A stretch of 52,547 bases of DNA from a virus (taxonomy: Duplodnaviria; Caudoviricetes), in the IMG/VR virus record IMGVR_UViG_3300032224_000653, positions 1 to 52,547 of that record; one strand, 5' to 3'. Positions 1-10,500 of the stretch are shown here, one piece after another. Made by a program: the position numbers and the translations under genes. The notes under the pieces were generated by a model. That model worked only from the letters and a program-made list of their open reading frames with translations. It did not search any database and was not told the origin of the DNA. Numbering within the stretch: the first letter of the stretch is position 1; each line of letters starts with the position of its first letter.

Positions 1-10
1 GGATCAGACG

Positions 11-442
11 ATGACAAATCTTAGCGTACACTTTACACTAGAAGAATTAACACATACGGATCACCGTGAGTTTGACAATACACCAAACCCAGCGGAGACC
101 AATAACCTTATTCGTCTGGCTGGATTGTTGGAAGATGTTAAGATCCTACTAGGTGGCAAACCTATCATAGTCAACAGCGCATTTCGCTCAAAGCAGGTCA
201 ACGACGCCGTTGGCTCTAAGGACACATCACAGCACCGTATTGGCTGCGCGGCAGACATTCGAGTACCCGGCATGACACCAGACGAGGTAGTTCGTGCCAT
301 CATTGCATCGGAGATTGGATATGACCAAATTATTCGAGAATTTGACCGCTGGACACATATTAGTGTTCCTAGTACTGCTGGCGGTAATCCTCGCCGACAG
401 TCTCTGATTATCGACAAGGCCGGAACGCGCCCGTTCGCCTAA
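11..442 (+). CDS. Peptidase M15A-family endolysin (Zn peptidase)
   Basis: HFTLEEL N-terminus, SAFRSxxVNxAVG, SQHxxGCAADI and W-T-H-I motifs typical of Peptidase_M15_3. Confidence 0.85.
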   Translation: MTNLSVHFTLEELTHTDHREFDNTPNPAETNNLIRLAGLLEDVKILLGGKPIIVNSAFRSKQVNDAVGSKDTSQHRIGCAADIRVPGMTPDEVVRAIIASEIGYDQIIREFDRWTHISVPSTAGGNPRRQSLIIDKAGTRPFA

Positions 443-451
443 ATTCTAAGT

Positions 452-463
452 TTGCGTATTAGT
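452..463 (+). promoter_or_regulatory. Phage promoter motif TTGCGTATTAGT (no GGGGCG box)
   Basis: Exact motif copy in the intergenic space before the lysozyme RBS (AGGAGG). Confidence 0.75.
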
Positions 464-484
464 ATACGCAAGCTAGGAGGTACT

Positions 485-1015
485 ATGTTCAAGATTATTA
501 CGTCTTGTATCTGCGCGGCCGCCATCGTGTTTGGGTCTATAACCTACGACCCCTTTGGAAACTGGCTGATACAGTACGAGAAAAAGTTTGAGTGGGTGGC
601 AGAGTCCACCCTAGATTTAATTACCGGATTTGAGGGATTTCGCACCAAGGCCTACCAAGACCATAAAGGAAACTGGACGATTGGGGTGGGTCACCTAATA
701 CGCCCCCAGGATCGTTATATGCTCCATAGGGAGCTTTCTGAGGCCGAGGTGATAGATCTCCTACACCAGGACCTTAAAACGTGCTCAGAGGCCCTAGAAT
801 CGGCCCTAAAGGTCATGGTCAACAGGACCCAGGCAGATGCCCTGCACAGCCTGTGCCATAACATCGGCCCAGACCGTATGGTCCGCTCAGATGTGGTCAA
901 GCACCTCAACGAGGGCGACCAGGTTAAGGCAGCAAACGCCTTTATGAACTGGACCAACCCAGGACTAAAGAAACGAAGACAAGCAGAGCGGGCCCTGTTT
1001 TTGGCCGACAATTAG
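485..1015 (+). CDS. GH24 lysozyme with N-terminal hydrophobic signal/anchor (SAR-endolysin-like)
   Basis: E-X8-D-X5-T triad (FEGFRTKAYQDHKGNWTIG), GLKKRRQAERALF C-terminus; ATG 485 follows AGGAGG; hydrophobic IITSCICAAAIVFG. Confidence 0.85.
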   Translation: MFKIITSCICAAAIVFGSITYDPFGNWLIQYEKKFEWVAESTLDLITGFEGFRTKAYQDHKGNWTIGVGHLIRPQDRYMLHRELSEAEVIDLLHQDLKTCSEALESALKVMVNRTQADALHSLCHNIGPDRMVRSDVVKHLNEGDQVKAANAFMNWTNPGLKKRRQAERALFLADN

Positions 1016-1045
1016 GGGCGTAAAAGCCCTATTTAACGTATTAGT
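1015..1045 (+). promoter_or_regulatory. Bipartite phage late promoter GGGGCG-N16-CGTATTAGT
   Basis: GGGGCG 1015-1020, CGTATTAGT 1037-1045; same spacing at three other sites. Confidence 0.75.
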
Positions 1046-1095
1046 AGATATAAGGGCTGATCACCCATTAACATAACAAACCTCGAGGAAACACC

Positions 1096-1806
1096 ATGGA
1101 AGATTTTAAATCAAACACCAAGATGCAGTGCTTCAAAGAAGGCGGCTCGGTAAAGTATGAGTCACGCAAACAGCACAAGGAAGAGGTGTCTGCCGACATC
1201 GCACAAGACAAGAAGGTTGTCAAAAAAGCATTTAAAATCCATGACACACAGTCCCACGAGGGCAAAAAGACTGACCTCTCCAAGTTAAAAAAAGGTGGTC
1301 GCGCCAAGAAAGAACTTGGTACTGCACGTAAATTTATAAAGCCAGCCGATGCCCCATCAGGTGCTAAGGGTGGACCAAACAAGTACAAAACTGGCGGCAG
1401 CGTAACCAATGTATACGAGGCCAAAAAAGATTCTGGTGACAAAGACAACATCAAAAAAGTAAAAGACATCAAGGCCGCTAAGCTATGCGGCGGTAAGTCT
1501 GTTCGCAAGATGGCGGCCGGTGGTGCCTTAGAGGGCCAGGGTATTATCTCTGACACTGAACGTGCGGCTCTTCAGGGCGTTCTTCCTGGTGGCCAAGGCA
1601 TGGGCTCCGCCAATGATATGGAGCGCCGTCGTATGATGGAGCGCGCCAAGAACGCGACCAAGTATTTAGGGCCAGCACAACAGTCTGAGTTTGTTAATCA
1701 AGGTGGTATGGCAACGGCGCCATCCGCACCAGTTAACCAGCCTACTCGTCCATTCAAAAAGGGTGGCAAGGCCAAGAAGATGAACACCGGCGGAACTTGT
1801 TCTTAA
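1096..1806 (+). CDS. Lys-rich putative internal virion protein with repeated xxxGG motifs
   Basis: FKEGG, LKKGG, YKTGG, MAAGG, FKKGG, MNTGG; GAGG RBS; in the structural operon. Confidence 0.65.
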   Translation: MEDFKSNTKMQCFKEGGSVKYESRKQHKEEVSADIAQDKKVVKKAFKIHDTQSHEGKKTDLSKLKKGGRAKKELGTARKFIKPADAPSGAKGGPNKYKTGGSVTNVYEAKKDSGDKDNIKKVKDIKAAKLCGGKSVRKMAAGGALEGQGIISDTERAALQGVLPGGQGMGSANDMERRRMMERAKNATKYLGPAQQSEFVNQGGMATAPSAPVNQPTRPFKKGGKAKKMNTGGTCS

Positions 1807-1807
1807 G

Positions 1808-1975
1808 ATGCCAATCAAATCTAAGGCCCAACAGGGTGCGATGTATGCCGCCGCTGCAGGCAAGTCAACCATCGGTATCCCTAAAAAAATAGGCAAGGAG
1901 TTCGTCAAGGCGGGCCCCGCCTCCAAAAATCTACCCAACAAAGTACAAAAGCGGGCCGCAGGAAGAGGAAGATAA
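1808..1975 (+). CDS. Small basic protein (55 aa, [16 protein letters not shown]...), not in ORF track
   Basis: ATG 1808 to TAA 1973-1975 fills the gap between neighbours exactly. Confidence 0.7.
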   Translation: MPIKSKAQQGAMYAAAAGKSTIGIPKKIGKEFVKAGPASKNLPNKVQKRAAGRGR

Positions 1976-3055
1976 ATGGCGTATTCAAACACAACTGGTC
2001 AGACAAAGGTTAACGTCGACCAGTTAATTTCTTATGCGTTCCGTGATGCGGGCAAGACCGCAGAAGAGATCACGCCCGAGTACATTGATGCCGGTAAGCA
2101 GGCACTATTCTACAATCTTCAAAACCTATCCAACCTAGGCGTTAACCTCTGGCTCTTAGAGAACAAAGTTATCGGTGCCCAGACCAACGAGCAGTGGGTG
2201 ACACTCCCGGCGACAACCATCGACGTACGCGAGGCCAACTGGGTATACATCGTAAACCCATCTATCTCTGGAGCTTTGCCGTTAGACAACCCAGACTCTA
2301 TTTCGTTGTTTGACCAGTCGGCAAACGCAGACTTAAATCTACACGCCACATCTACACTGGGCGAAAACTATTTTGGTGCGGCGTATAGCACAGCGACACG
2401 TATATTTTATGTTGGCTTTAACGCCTACGTACCGGCAGGTACAGCGACCTACAACCTAGACTTTGAGGTTAGTAACGACGGCATAACCTGGGACGTATGG
2501 GAATCATTTCCCGAGACGACACTAACAGACCGCAACTGGGCCTACTTTACCATCAACGCCACGCAGGCGTTTTACTACTTCCGCCTAAAAAATCGTACAG
2601 CCGGCAGCACGTTCTCCTTGCGCGCCATTCAGTTCGCACAATCTCAACAGGTCATTCCACTCGCACGCCTAAATCGCGACGACTACTGGAACCTACCAAA
2701 CAAACAATTCCCAAGCCAACGCTCACTGCAGTACTGGTACGATCGTCAGATTGATCCAAAGATGTACCTATGGCCAGTACCAAACAACAACTACCAGGTG
2801 TTTCAGTTAATCATTGAAAAACAAATGGAAGACGTTGGTAAACTGACAAACGAGCTCTATGTACCCGATCGTTGGATTAGCTCCGTACAGGCCTCTTTAT
2901 CACACCGCATTTCTATGCAGATCCCTGGTGTGGAACTCACCCGTATTCAATATCTAGAAGGCCAGGCCGAAAAGTTATTCATGCAGGCCAACAACGAAGA
3001 GCGTGACAAGTCACCTATCTACTTCCAACCTAATTTTAGCTACTACACACGATGA
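1976..3055 (+). CDS. Putative head-tail adaptor / tail structural protein with inserted beta-rich domain
   Basis: Position in the structural operon; NLGVNLW and YLWPVP motifs of podovirus adaptor-like proteins. Confidence 0.55.
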   Translation: MAYSNTTGQTKVNVDQLISYAFRDAGKTAEEITPEYIDAGKQALFYNLQNLSNLGVNLWLLENKVIGAQTNEQWVTLPATTIDVREANWVYIVNPSISGALPLDNPDSISLFDQSANADLNLHATSTLGENYFGAAYSTATRIFYVGFNAYVPAGTATYNLDFEVSNDGITWDVWESFPETTLTDRNWAYFTINATQAFYYFRLKNRTAGSTFSLRAIQFAQSQQVIPLARLNRDDYWNLPNKQFPSQRSLQYWYDRQIDPKMYLWPVPNNNYQVFQLIIEKQMEDVGKLTNELYVPDRWISSVQASLSHRISMQIPGVELTRIQYLEGQAEKLFMQANNEERDKSPIYFQPNFSYYTR

Positions 3056-3666
3056 GCGTTATTCAGACCTATAATTCACTGGTACTTAACGTCCAGCAAT
3101 ACATGGAGCGTAACGATGCCGACTTCGTGGCTCAGATCCCTAACCTTATTGCGTTGGCTGAGTCATCTATCGCCGCCGAGTTAAAGACCTACATGCAGTT
3201 AATTGTTGTAGAGACCTCACTGGCACAAAACCAAGAGGTACTCAACAAGCCAGCACGTTGGCGTAAAACGGTTAGCATGAAGACTAACGGCAAGCCAATC
3301 TTATTGCGTAGTCAAGACTATATAGCTCAGTATCTATCTGAGTCTGACCCAGGTCTACCAAAGTACTACGCCGACTACGACTACAACAACTGGAACTTTG
3401 CACCAAGGCCAGACGTAGACTACCCTGTAGAGATTATTTACTTTGCAGAAATACAACCGCTAGACGAAACAAATCAGCAAAACTTATGGACGGCTATTGC
3501 ACCACAGGCAATGTTATTCGGTACATTGTTACAGGCCCAAGGCTATTTAAAAGCGCTAGACAAGTTGCCTGTATGGAAGCAATACTACACAGACGCGATC
3601 GCCGCGCTTAAGAAAGAAGATAACAGTCGCCGTGTCGACAGAAACGTATCGGTTCAGGAACCTTAA
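3052..3666 (+). CDS. Putative adaptor / tail tubular protein
   Basis: ATGA overlap; TYNSLV...FVAQIPNLIALAE, GLPKYYA and NFAPRPD resemble phage adaptor proteins. Confidence 0.55.
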   Translation: MSVIQTYNSLVLNVQQYMERNDADFVAQIPNLIALAESSIAAELKTYMQLIVVETSLAQNQEVLNKPARWRKTVSMKTNGKPILLRSQDYIAQYLSESDPGLPKYYADYDYNNWNFAPRPDVDYPVEIIYFAEIQPLDETNQQNLWTAIAPQAMLFGTLLQAQGYLKALDKLPVWKQYYTDAIAALKKEDNSRRVDRNVSVQEP

Positions 3667-3669
3667 TAT

Positions 3670-4947
3670 ATGACAACACCAGTCTACACATCGCCCTTCA
3701 CAGGCACAGTCGTTACCCCAACGGATGTGTCCTACTACGCTTTACCATTTAGTACTAATCAAGAACTTTTTTGGCCCTCTACGGTTAACGGTAGCCAAGT
3801 TCCTGCCGCTCGTATTATTGATTGTACCCCTAGCACCACCGGCCTATCTATTACCTTACCGGCCGCAGACCAGGGGACAGTTGGTGCAGACATTTTGTTC
3901 CGCAACTTCGGTGAAGATTCTTTTACAATCCTAGACAACACCGGCGGCGCCTCGGTCACAATTGACCCCGGTATTTCTCTGTATTTTTATCTTTCTGATA
4001 ATACAACTCAGGCCGGTGTCTGGCAGAATGTAACCTTTGGCGCCGGTACATCCGCAGCCGATGCCGCTACACTGGCAGGATATGGCCTGGCCGCAATTAA
4101 CGGCAAGCTGGCGACAACACAAAATGTTATTGACATTACCAGCACACCGTCTGTTACCGACGCAAGTCGTGCATCTACCTATGTATGGAACAGCGGTCTT
4201 GGTACATTAAATTTACCAAACATTACATCGTTATCCCCAGGTTGGTTTATTGGCTTTAGAAATGCTGGTAGCGGTTCACTATCTATTACACCGGTATCTC
4301 CCGCGTTAATTAATGGTAACAGCACAATTACAGTAAACCCAGGCGATTCTGGTTTTATCATGTATGATGTATCTACAGGTAACTTTATAACTGTAGGATT
4401 AACTGCACCATCAAATATTACCTTTACGGCAGAGACATTTGACGTTGATGCAATTGCTGGTGATACATTAAGTTTGGTATCGTTTGCTCCAATTATTCAG
4501 ACATACATATCACAGTCTACAACAAGAACAACTACACTAAACGTAGTACTACCCGCGATTACCCAGATATATGTCTTGGTAAACGATACAGGTGACACGG
4601 CGTATAATATTTCTTTTTCTATTATTGGTAGCTCACAGCCTCCTCTAGTATTAACAAACGGTGCAATTGCCACCGTGTTAAGTGACGGAACCAATTTATA
4701 TTCATTAACACAGTCATCGACCGGTATATTTTATGCCGCTAATGGTAGTGCCGCAAGCCCATCATATTCATTTAATACCGACCACGCAACTGGCATGTAC
4801 TTAGTTGGTACCAGTATATTAGGTCTATCCGCGCATGGCACTGAAGTAATTAACATTGACGCAACCAACACATCGGCGCTACTTACTACAGTGAACGGTA
4901 GCTTGGCCGCCACACTAACCATTGTTGAAGGCGGAACGTTTACCTAA
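3670..4947 (+). CDS. Tail structural / fibre-like protein
   Basis: Ser/Thr/Gly-rich with repeated beta modules and a GSAASPSYSF motif; synteny. Confidence 0.55.
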   Translation: MTTPVYTSPFTGTVVTPTDVSYYALPFSTNQELFWPSTVNGSQVPAARIIDCTPSTTGLSITLPAADQGTVGADILFRNFGEDSFTILDNTGGASVTIDPGISLYFYLSDNTTQAGVWQNVTFGAGTSAADAATLAGYGLAAINGKLATTQNVIDITSTPSVTDASRASTYVWNSGLGTLNLPNITSLSPGWFIGFRNAGSGSLSITPVSPALINGNSTITVNPGDSGFIMYDVSTGNFITVGLTAPSNITFTAETFDVDAIAGDTLSLVSFAPIIQTYISQSTTRTTTLNVVLPAITQIYVLVNDTGDTAYNISFSIIGSSQPPLVLTNGAIATVLSDGTNLYSLTQSSTGIFYAANGSAASPSYSFNTDHATGMYLVGTSILGLSAHGTEVINIDATNTSALLTTVNGSLAATLTIVEGGTFT

Positions 4948-7079
4948 TGGCTGACGGTACCTCTAAAGACCTCTCACAGTACGCACAAATTTATGCCTTA
5001 GCAATTCCTGCCGGCATAAAACGTGACGGTACAGTATTTCAGGCAGACCAATACACTGACGGCACCTGGTGCCGTTTTCAGCGTGGTGATCCCAAGAAAA
5101 TGGGCGGCTACCGTACACTATTTAATGGCGTTAGTGGTATCTATCGTGGCATTATTGCCCAACCATCCGGTGGTGTTAACTACATCTTTGCGGGTAATGC
5201 GTTTGGATTAGAGGCATTTAATACCAGCATTACATTTGGCACAGGCAGCGGACCATTTCCGGTTAATATTTTACCCGGCACCGTTAGGTTTACTTTAGTA
5301 TCCTATTCTACTCCAGACATTGTCATTGCTGGAGATGTTACTACTAGTTTTCCGACGGGCGCAAAAGTTATTTTAGATCAACTTATTCCTGTTCAGTATG
5401 AGGTGTTAACCTCATCATACACCTCACCAAATACTACCGTAACACTAGATCCAACATTTACTGAAACACCGACATACGCTTGGTTGGATAATGAGCCTGT
5501 GTTTGTGCCAGATACTACGGCGAGCCCATTTCGCAACCTGTGGCAGTTTGACGCCCAGTTTAGTCCGCAGTCTGGCGTTCTATCTATTTTAGCCCATCCG
5601 GGCCTAAACCTTACAAACATCGACAACAACCAAACGACTCAGGTATTGGTCGGTAACGTTGTTCCTAATTCTACCAACAGCTGGTCTTTTACTGGACTAT
5701 CTGATAGTGAAGGTCAAAACCCAACCTATTTACCAATTAAGGTAGACGGAGGCGTTTGCGTACTGTACCCATTTATTTTTGTGTATGGCTCTAATGGCTT
5801 TATTGCAAATAACAATGTCAACGCTGTGTATGACCAAAGAAATTTCTATGACTGGAATGGTTCACTAGCCAACCAAATTAATATGTCACCGTCCAAGATT
5901 GTCAAGGGCGCCGTAATGCGTGGTGGCACAACAGCACCATCTGGTTTGTTCTGGGCAACTGACTCTTTAATTCGTGTCAACTTTATTGGCGCTGCGCCAG
6001 ACTATTGGAAGTATGACGTTATTTCAAGCCAGATCTCTATTATGTCATCTAGCTCCGTTGTGGAGATGGATGGTGTATTTTTCTGGATGGGTGTCGACCG
6101 TTACTATATGTATAACGGTAACGTTGGGGTACTACCAAACGATAAAAACGTAAACTGGTTGTTTAACAACATTAACTATGAGCAACGTCAAAAGGTTTGG
6201 GCCACTAAGGTCCCACGCTACAATGAGATCTGGTTCTTTTATCCTCGCGGCACTAACACAGAGTGCACCGATGCCATTATCTATAACGTAAAAGATAAGC
6301 TCTGGTATGACGCCGGTGAGGCAGAGGGGGCCCGTCGTTCTTGTGGTTACACCACCGAGTTGTTCCCGACACCTATCTGGGCCGACTGGGAGTATGACAT
6401 CAATTATGGTGTTACAGTTACTGTAATTGATGCGCCTGAGAGCCTAACACCCCCTGCGGCAAATGAATTTTATGCCTCCGGTGACATCACCCCCGAGCTG
6501 TCCCCTGGTGATTATTTTTCATTCTCTAATAATCCAGAGGATACGGCGTACCGTGTGGCCGTATCAACACACATCTACGACACAACAATTGGTACCCCCG
6601 GCGTTACATTAATTACAGCAACAGAAGACTTTGCGGTGGCGCCAGTTGCCGGTGACTTAGTTTATCCATTTGTTGGTGGTTATAATATTTGGCAGCATGA
6701 GTTTGGTGTTAATAAGATTGCGCTAAACGGCGAGTTTGGAGTTTATTCTAGTATCACCACCAGCGACATTAGCTGGTTAACTGGTAGCCCAAGTGGTGAT
6801 ACATTAGTCGGTGTGAACCGCCGCATGCACCTACGCCGTGTTGAGCCTAACTTCTTGCAGGCCGGCACCATGAGCATGACCATCCTAGGCCGTAAATTTG
6901 CCGGTGGTCAGAACGAACAGAATTCTGGACCGTATTACTTTACACAACAAACTGGTAAAATTGATTTGCGTGTTGAATATCGCTTGATTCGTTTACAGTT
7001 TGAGTCTAACGAAATTGATGGTAACTTTGAGATGGGTCGTAACCTGATTACTGCAGAGTTTGGTGACGAGAGACCATAA
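4947..7079 (+). CDS. Tail nozzle / DNA-stabilisation protein (P22 gp10/T7 gp12-like role)
   Basis: 710 aa beta-rich; FFWMG, YNEIWFFYP, IIYNVKDKLWY; position before the ejection genes. Confidence 0.6.
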   Translation: MADGTSKDLSQYAQIYALAIPAGIKRDGTVFQADQYTDGTWCRFQRGDPKKMGGYRTLFNGVSGIYRGIIAQPSGGVNYIFAGNAFGLEAFNTSITFGTGSGPFPVNILPGTVRFTLVSYSTPDIVIAGDVTTSFPTGAKVILDQLIPVQYEVLTSSYTSPNTTVTLDPTFTETPTYAWLDNEPVFVPDTTASPFRNLWQFDAQFSPQSGVLSILAHPGLNLTNIDNNQTTQVLVGNVVPNSTNSWSFTGLSDSEGQNPTYLPIKVDGGVCVLYPFIFVYGSNGFIANNNVNAVYDQRNFYDWNGSLANQINMSPSKIVKGAVMRGGTTAPSGLFWATDSLIRVNFIGAAPDYWKYDVISSQISIMSSSSVVEMDGVFFWMGVDRYYMYNGNVGVLPNDKNVNWLFNNINYEQRQKVWATKVPRYNEIWFFYPRGTNTECTDAIIYNVKDKLWYDAGEAEGARRSCGYTTELFPTPIWADWEYDINYGVTVTVIDAPESLTPPAANEFYASGDITPELSPGDYFSFSNNPEDTAYRVAVSTHIYDTTIGTPGVTLITATEDFAVAPVAGDLVYPFVGGYNIWQHEFGVNKIALNGEFGVYSSITTSDISWLTGSPSGDTLVGVNRRMHLRRVEPNFLQAGTMSMTILGRKFAGGQNEQNSGPYYFTQQTGKIDLRVEYRLIRLQFESNEIDGNFEMGRNLITAEFGDERP

Positions 7080-7330
7080 TGGCCCAGATTCAGTTTTTTC
7101 CGTTTAACCCAGACTATATGAGCTGGGAGGACTGGAATGGTAACCTATTGGTTTATTACTCAGAGAATCCAATACCATACCACCTAGAGGAAGACTGGAT
7201 GCTAACCGCCAGCTCTGTGGCAGGATTACCAGACTTTGCAAAGTACCCAGTCCCAAGTCCAGAAACTTTTCCGGATTGGCAGAGCTGGGCAAATGAATTT
7301 ACCTTAATAATCAACGGCCCAACTCAATAA
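7079..7330 (+). CDS. Small Trp-rich hypothetical structural protein
   Basis: TAATG coupling; FPDWQSWA motif. Confidence 0.65.
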   Translation: MAQIQFFPFNPDYMSWEDWNGNLLVYYSENPIPYHLEEDWMLTASSVAGLPDFAKYPVPSPETFPDWQSWANEFTLIINGPTQ

Positions 7331-7332
7331 TT

Positions 7333-7364
7333 TAGGCCAAAAAAGCCAAAAAGCGCGTATTAGT
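7333..7364 (+). promoter_or_regulatory. Phage promoter GCGTATTAGT with degenerate upstream box (TAGGCC)
   Basis: Motif at 7355-7364, intergenic, co-oriented with downstream genes. Confidence 0.7.
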
Positions 7365-7398
7365 GTATATAGGAACATAACAACTTAGGAGTAATAAA

Positions 7399-7548
7399 AT
7401 GCACGGATTACAGACAATGAAGTACCTCAACGAACAGGCCGCCGCCGCTGCAATTTTGGCCAAGCATGAAAAGGTTGAGATTGACCCAGTTTTTGAAAAG
7501 GCTGTTCAAGAGGCATTGGCCGCTAAAGCTAAAGCAATCTCTGAGTAA
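7399..7548 (+). CDS. Small protein (49 aa, MHGLQTMKYLNEQ...), not in ORF track
   Basis: AGGAG RBS, ATG 7399, TAA 7546-7548. Confidence 0.7.
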   Translation: MHGLQTMKYLNEQAAAAAILAKHEKVEIDPVFEKAVQEALAAKAKAISE

Positions 7549-7552
7549 TTAA

Positions 7553-10500
7553 ATGCCGTATGATGATAACGGTAATTGGTCACAAGACCCGGAGCCGTCC
7601 ATTGACGCTGGTGCCGTTGTCACTCAGATGTACGAGGCTATCCTTGGCCGCGCGCCTGATGCAGGAGGCTATCAGGCCTTTGTAGACGCCATCAACAGCG
7701 GTGTGCCAATTAGCCAATTGACGCAGTCCATGGCAAATAGCCAAGAGGCTCAAAACCATATCGCTAGTGGTCAAGGCCCAAGCCAGGAACAGATTCAAAA
7801 CGTAGTACAACAGGCCTCCTCTGATCCGGGGACTTTTGTACAACAGGCCTCTACAAATCAGGCAAACAAAGATTATGTAACGGCCCTCTACCAGGCCGTT
7901 TTGGGTCGTGCGCCTGACGCGCAAGGACTACAAGACAACCTAAACGCTTTAGCTAATGGCTCTATTACCCCACAGCAATTAGCTCAATCGTTTGCGAGCT
8001 CGCCAGAGGCCGGCTCCAACAAGATACCCGCGGCACAAGAAAAACAAATGGCTCAATCTTTAGCCGAGAGCTACGGAAAGCCGGAGTCACACTCAATTGA
8101 TACCAGATCAGGTGACTGGAGTGGTGTCACACCAACCCAATTAGTTAAGGCTGGCATTACTAACCCAGCTATTTTAAAGGCCGCCGCAGAAGGCAACCTA
8201 AACGATAATATTTTTGGTGCCTACAAGGTAGACGCCAATCAAGTAGCAAACGCATTAAACAGTGGATCCTCGGTTCCAACTGATGTTGCCAAGACAGTTA
8301 ACGACGCCACAACCAATTCGTTTACACCAAACGGTAAGGTTATTGGAACCAAGATGGCTAACGCACAGGGCACACAGGCCGTTTATTATTTTTCTGATGG
8401 CTCTACGGCCTTGGTTAATAAAGACGGCTCTATTGACCATATAACGCCTCCTGTGAGCAATTATAAGCAGCAGGCGGGTTCTATGGCCTACGCGGACAAT
8501 CCCGGCTATACCATGTTTAATGGTCAGTTGGTTAAGGTTGAGACACCCACACTACAGTGGGATCCAAGTGTTGGCAAGGTTGCCCAAAGTGATTCTGGTA
8601 TACCAAAGGTATATGATCCAGGTCCTCAAGGTGGTGGGCCGGGTCCTCTAGGTTGGGTAAGTGGCAACCTGGCTAACTTTGATAAGGGCGTAAGTACCAC
8701 AGTCCCCGGTGGTTGGACTACACTAGGTCTAATTGCTGCCTCAGCTTTAAGCGCCGGCACACTGGCACCAATGGCAAGCTCATTGGGTGGCGCCATTTTA
8801 GGATCTGCTACAGCAACTGGTGCTACGACACTAGGAACTGCATTAATTGGATCTGCTACATCGGCCTTGATGGCCGGTATCAGTGGTGGTGACGTTGGTA
8901 AGGCGGCCTTGATGGGGGCCATTGGTGGCGCTATCGGCGCCAACTCAATAGACATTGCAAATGGTTTAGTTGGTGCAGATACCATTAAAACTATTGCGGA
9001 TGCAACAGGTCAGACACAAGCCCAAATTGCTAACTTAATTACCAACTCTGTATCTTCTGGTGTGTCTGCCGCTGCCGCCGGTAAGGGCGACATTGCTACA
9101 ATTATTGCTAATAACTTAGCATCTACTGCAGTAGGCAACTACACCGGTAACATAATGAGAAACCTTGATTCTGATTTGATGAGCAAGGTTGCTGGCTCTG
9201 TCTCTACCATTGCACGTGTTGGCACAACAGCTGCGTTGAACAATAAGGATCCACAGCAGGCTATTACTAATAGCATGGGTCAAATTATTGGTAACATGGT
9301 ATCACAAAATTTAATTCAGCCAGGTATTAACACAGTCAAAGACGCAATTAAAAATGACAACACAACAACACCAGCTGAAAAAACAGACGCACAAAAGAAT
9401 GCTCAATTAGTTGATGACGGATTTAAACAGATTGTTCAGCAATTTGCACAATCAACTGGTACAAATATTACACCAGAAGAAATTGATAAATATATTGCAA
9501 CAGCTGGCGCTAAGGATTTACCACAGTATTATCCAACTGCACAAACTGTAACAGTTACTCAAGTTCCAGATACTATTACTGATGTTGGTCTAACAAATCC
9601 ATTAGTTAAAAAAGATACAACCACTCCTGCGTTAACTCCAGAAGAGATTGCACAACAAGACGCTGAAGTGGCGGCCGCAGATAAAGCCGTAGCGGCTAAA
9701 GAAGCGGCGAATGTAGCAATTAATCCTAATCAAACTCAATTAGATAAATTGTGGCAGGATTACACAAGCGGCTTAAAGGGTAATGGCGGCACATCCCCAA
9801 CGTATTCTTTAGATGCACTACAAGGCACTAACTTTTTAAATACACCAGGTACAGGAACTGGCACCAGCACAACAGCGGGTCCAGGTACTGGGGCTGGTGG
9901 TACAGGCGACGGAACCGGCGGCGGTGGTACAGGAGCCGGAGGTGGTAGTGGTACAGGAACTGTAACCGGTGGCCCAGGCACAACTGTTAGTGGTAACATT
10001 AAAAAAGTTACACAGTTGCCGGGTACTATTAAACAAACAACGTCAACAACAAACACACCAATCACTGGAACAATTCCTTCCATTTTTGGTGCCACTGATA
10101 TTAAAGATTTAACACCAGGATTAACCAAAGGATCAGCATTTAAGTTTGCCAATGAACCCACATTTTCAGAGCAGGTAACCCCAGTGCCACAAACACAACC
10201 ATACGACTATTCTGGTCAAATCCTAAACGCCGCAACCGGTGGCTCGACTAACACCGCCAACACCATCGAGGACCTCAAAGCGGGTCTGGTAAAAGGCACA
10301 CCGTTCTCATTGGCAAATCAGCCTAAGTTTATATCGGCGCTGACTCAGGTTCCAACTCAAAACCCAACAGACTACACACAACAAATTTTAAATGCCGCTC
10401 AGGGTGGTTTAATCCAGGGCTACGCCGCTGGTGACTCTGTTGAAAATCCGTATGAGATACCAATGTTGTCAGGTAAAACTTGGAGAGGTCGTCAGCTGGG

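Noticed and set aside
694-703. Near copy of the promoter motif (CCTAATACGC) inside the lysozyme gene
   Set aside because: Mismatch at the invariant final T, intragenic and antisense.
9840-9990. Gly/Thr-rich repeat-like DNA
   Set aside because: Ordinary low-complexity coding linker within the 1108-aa protein.
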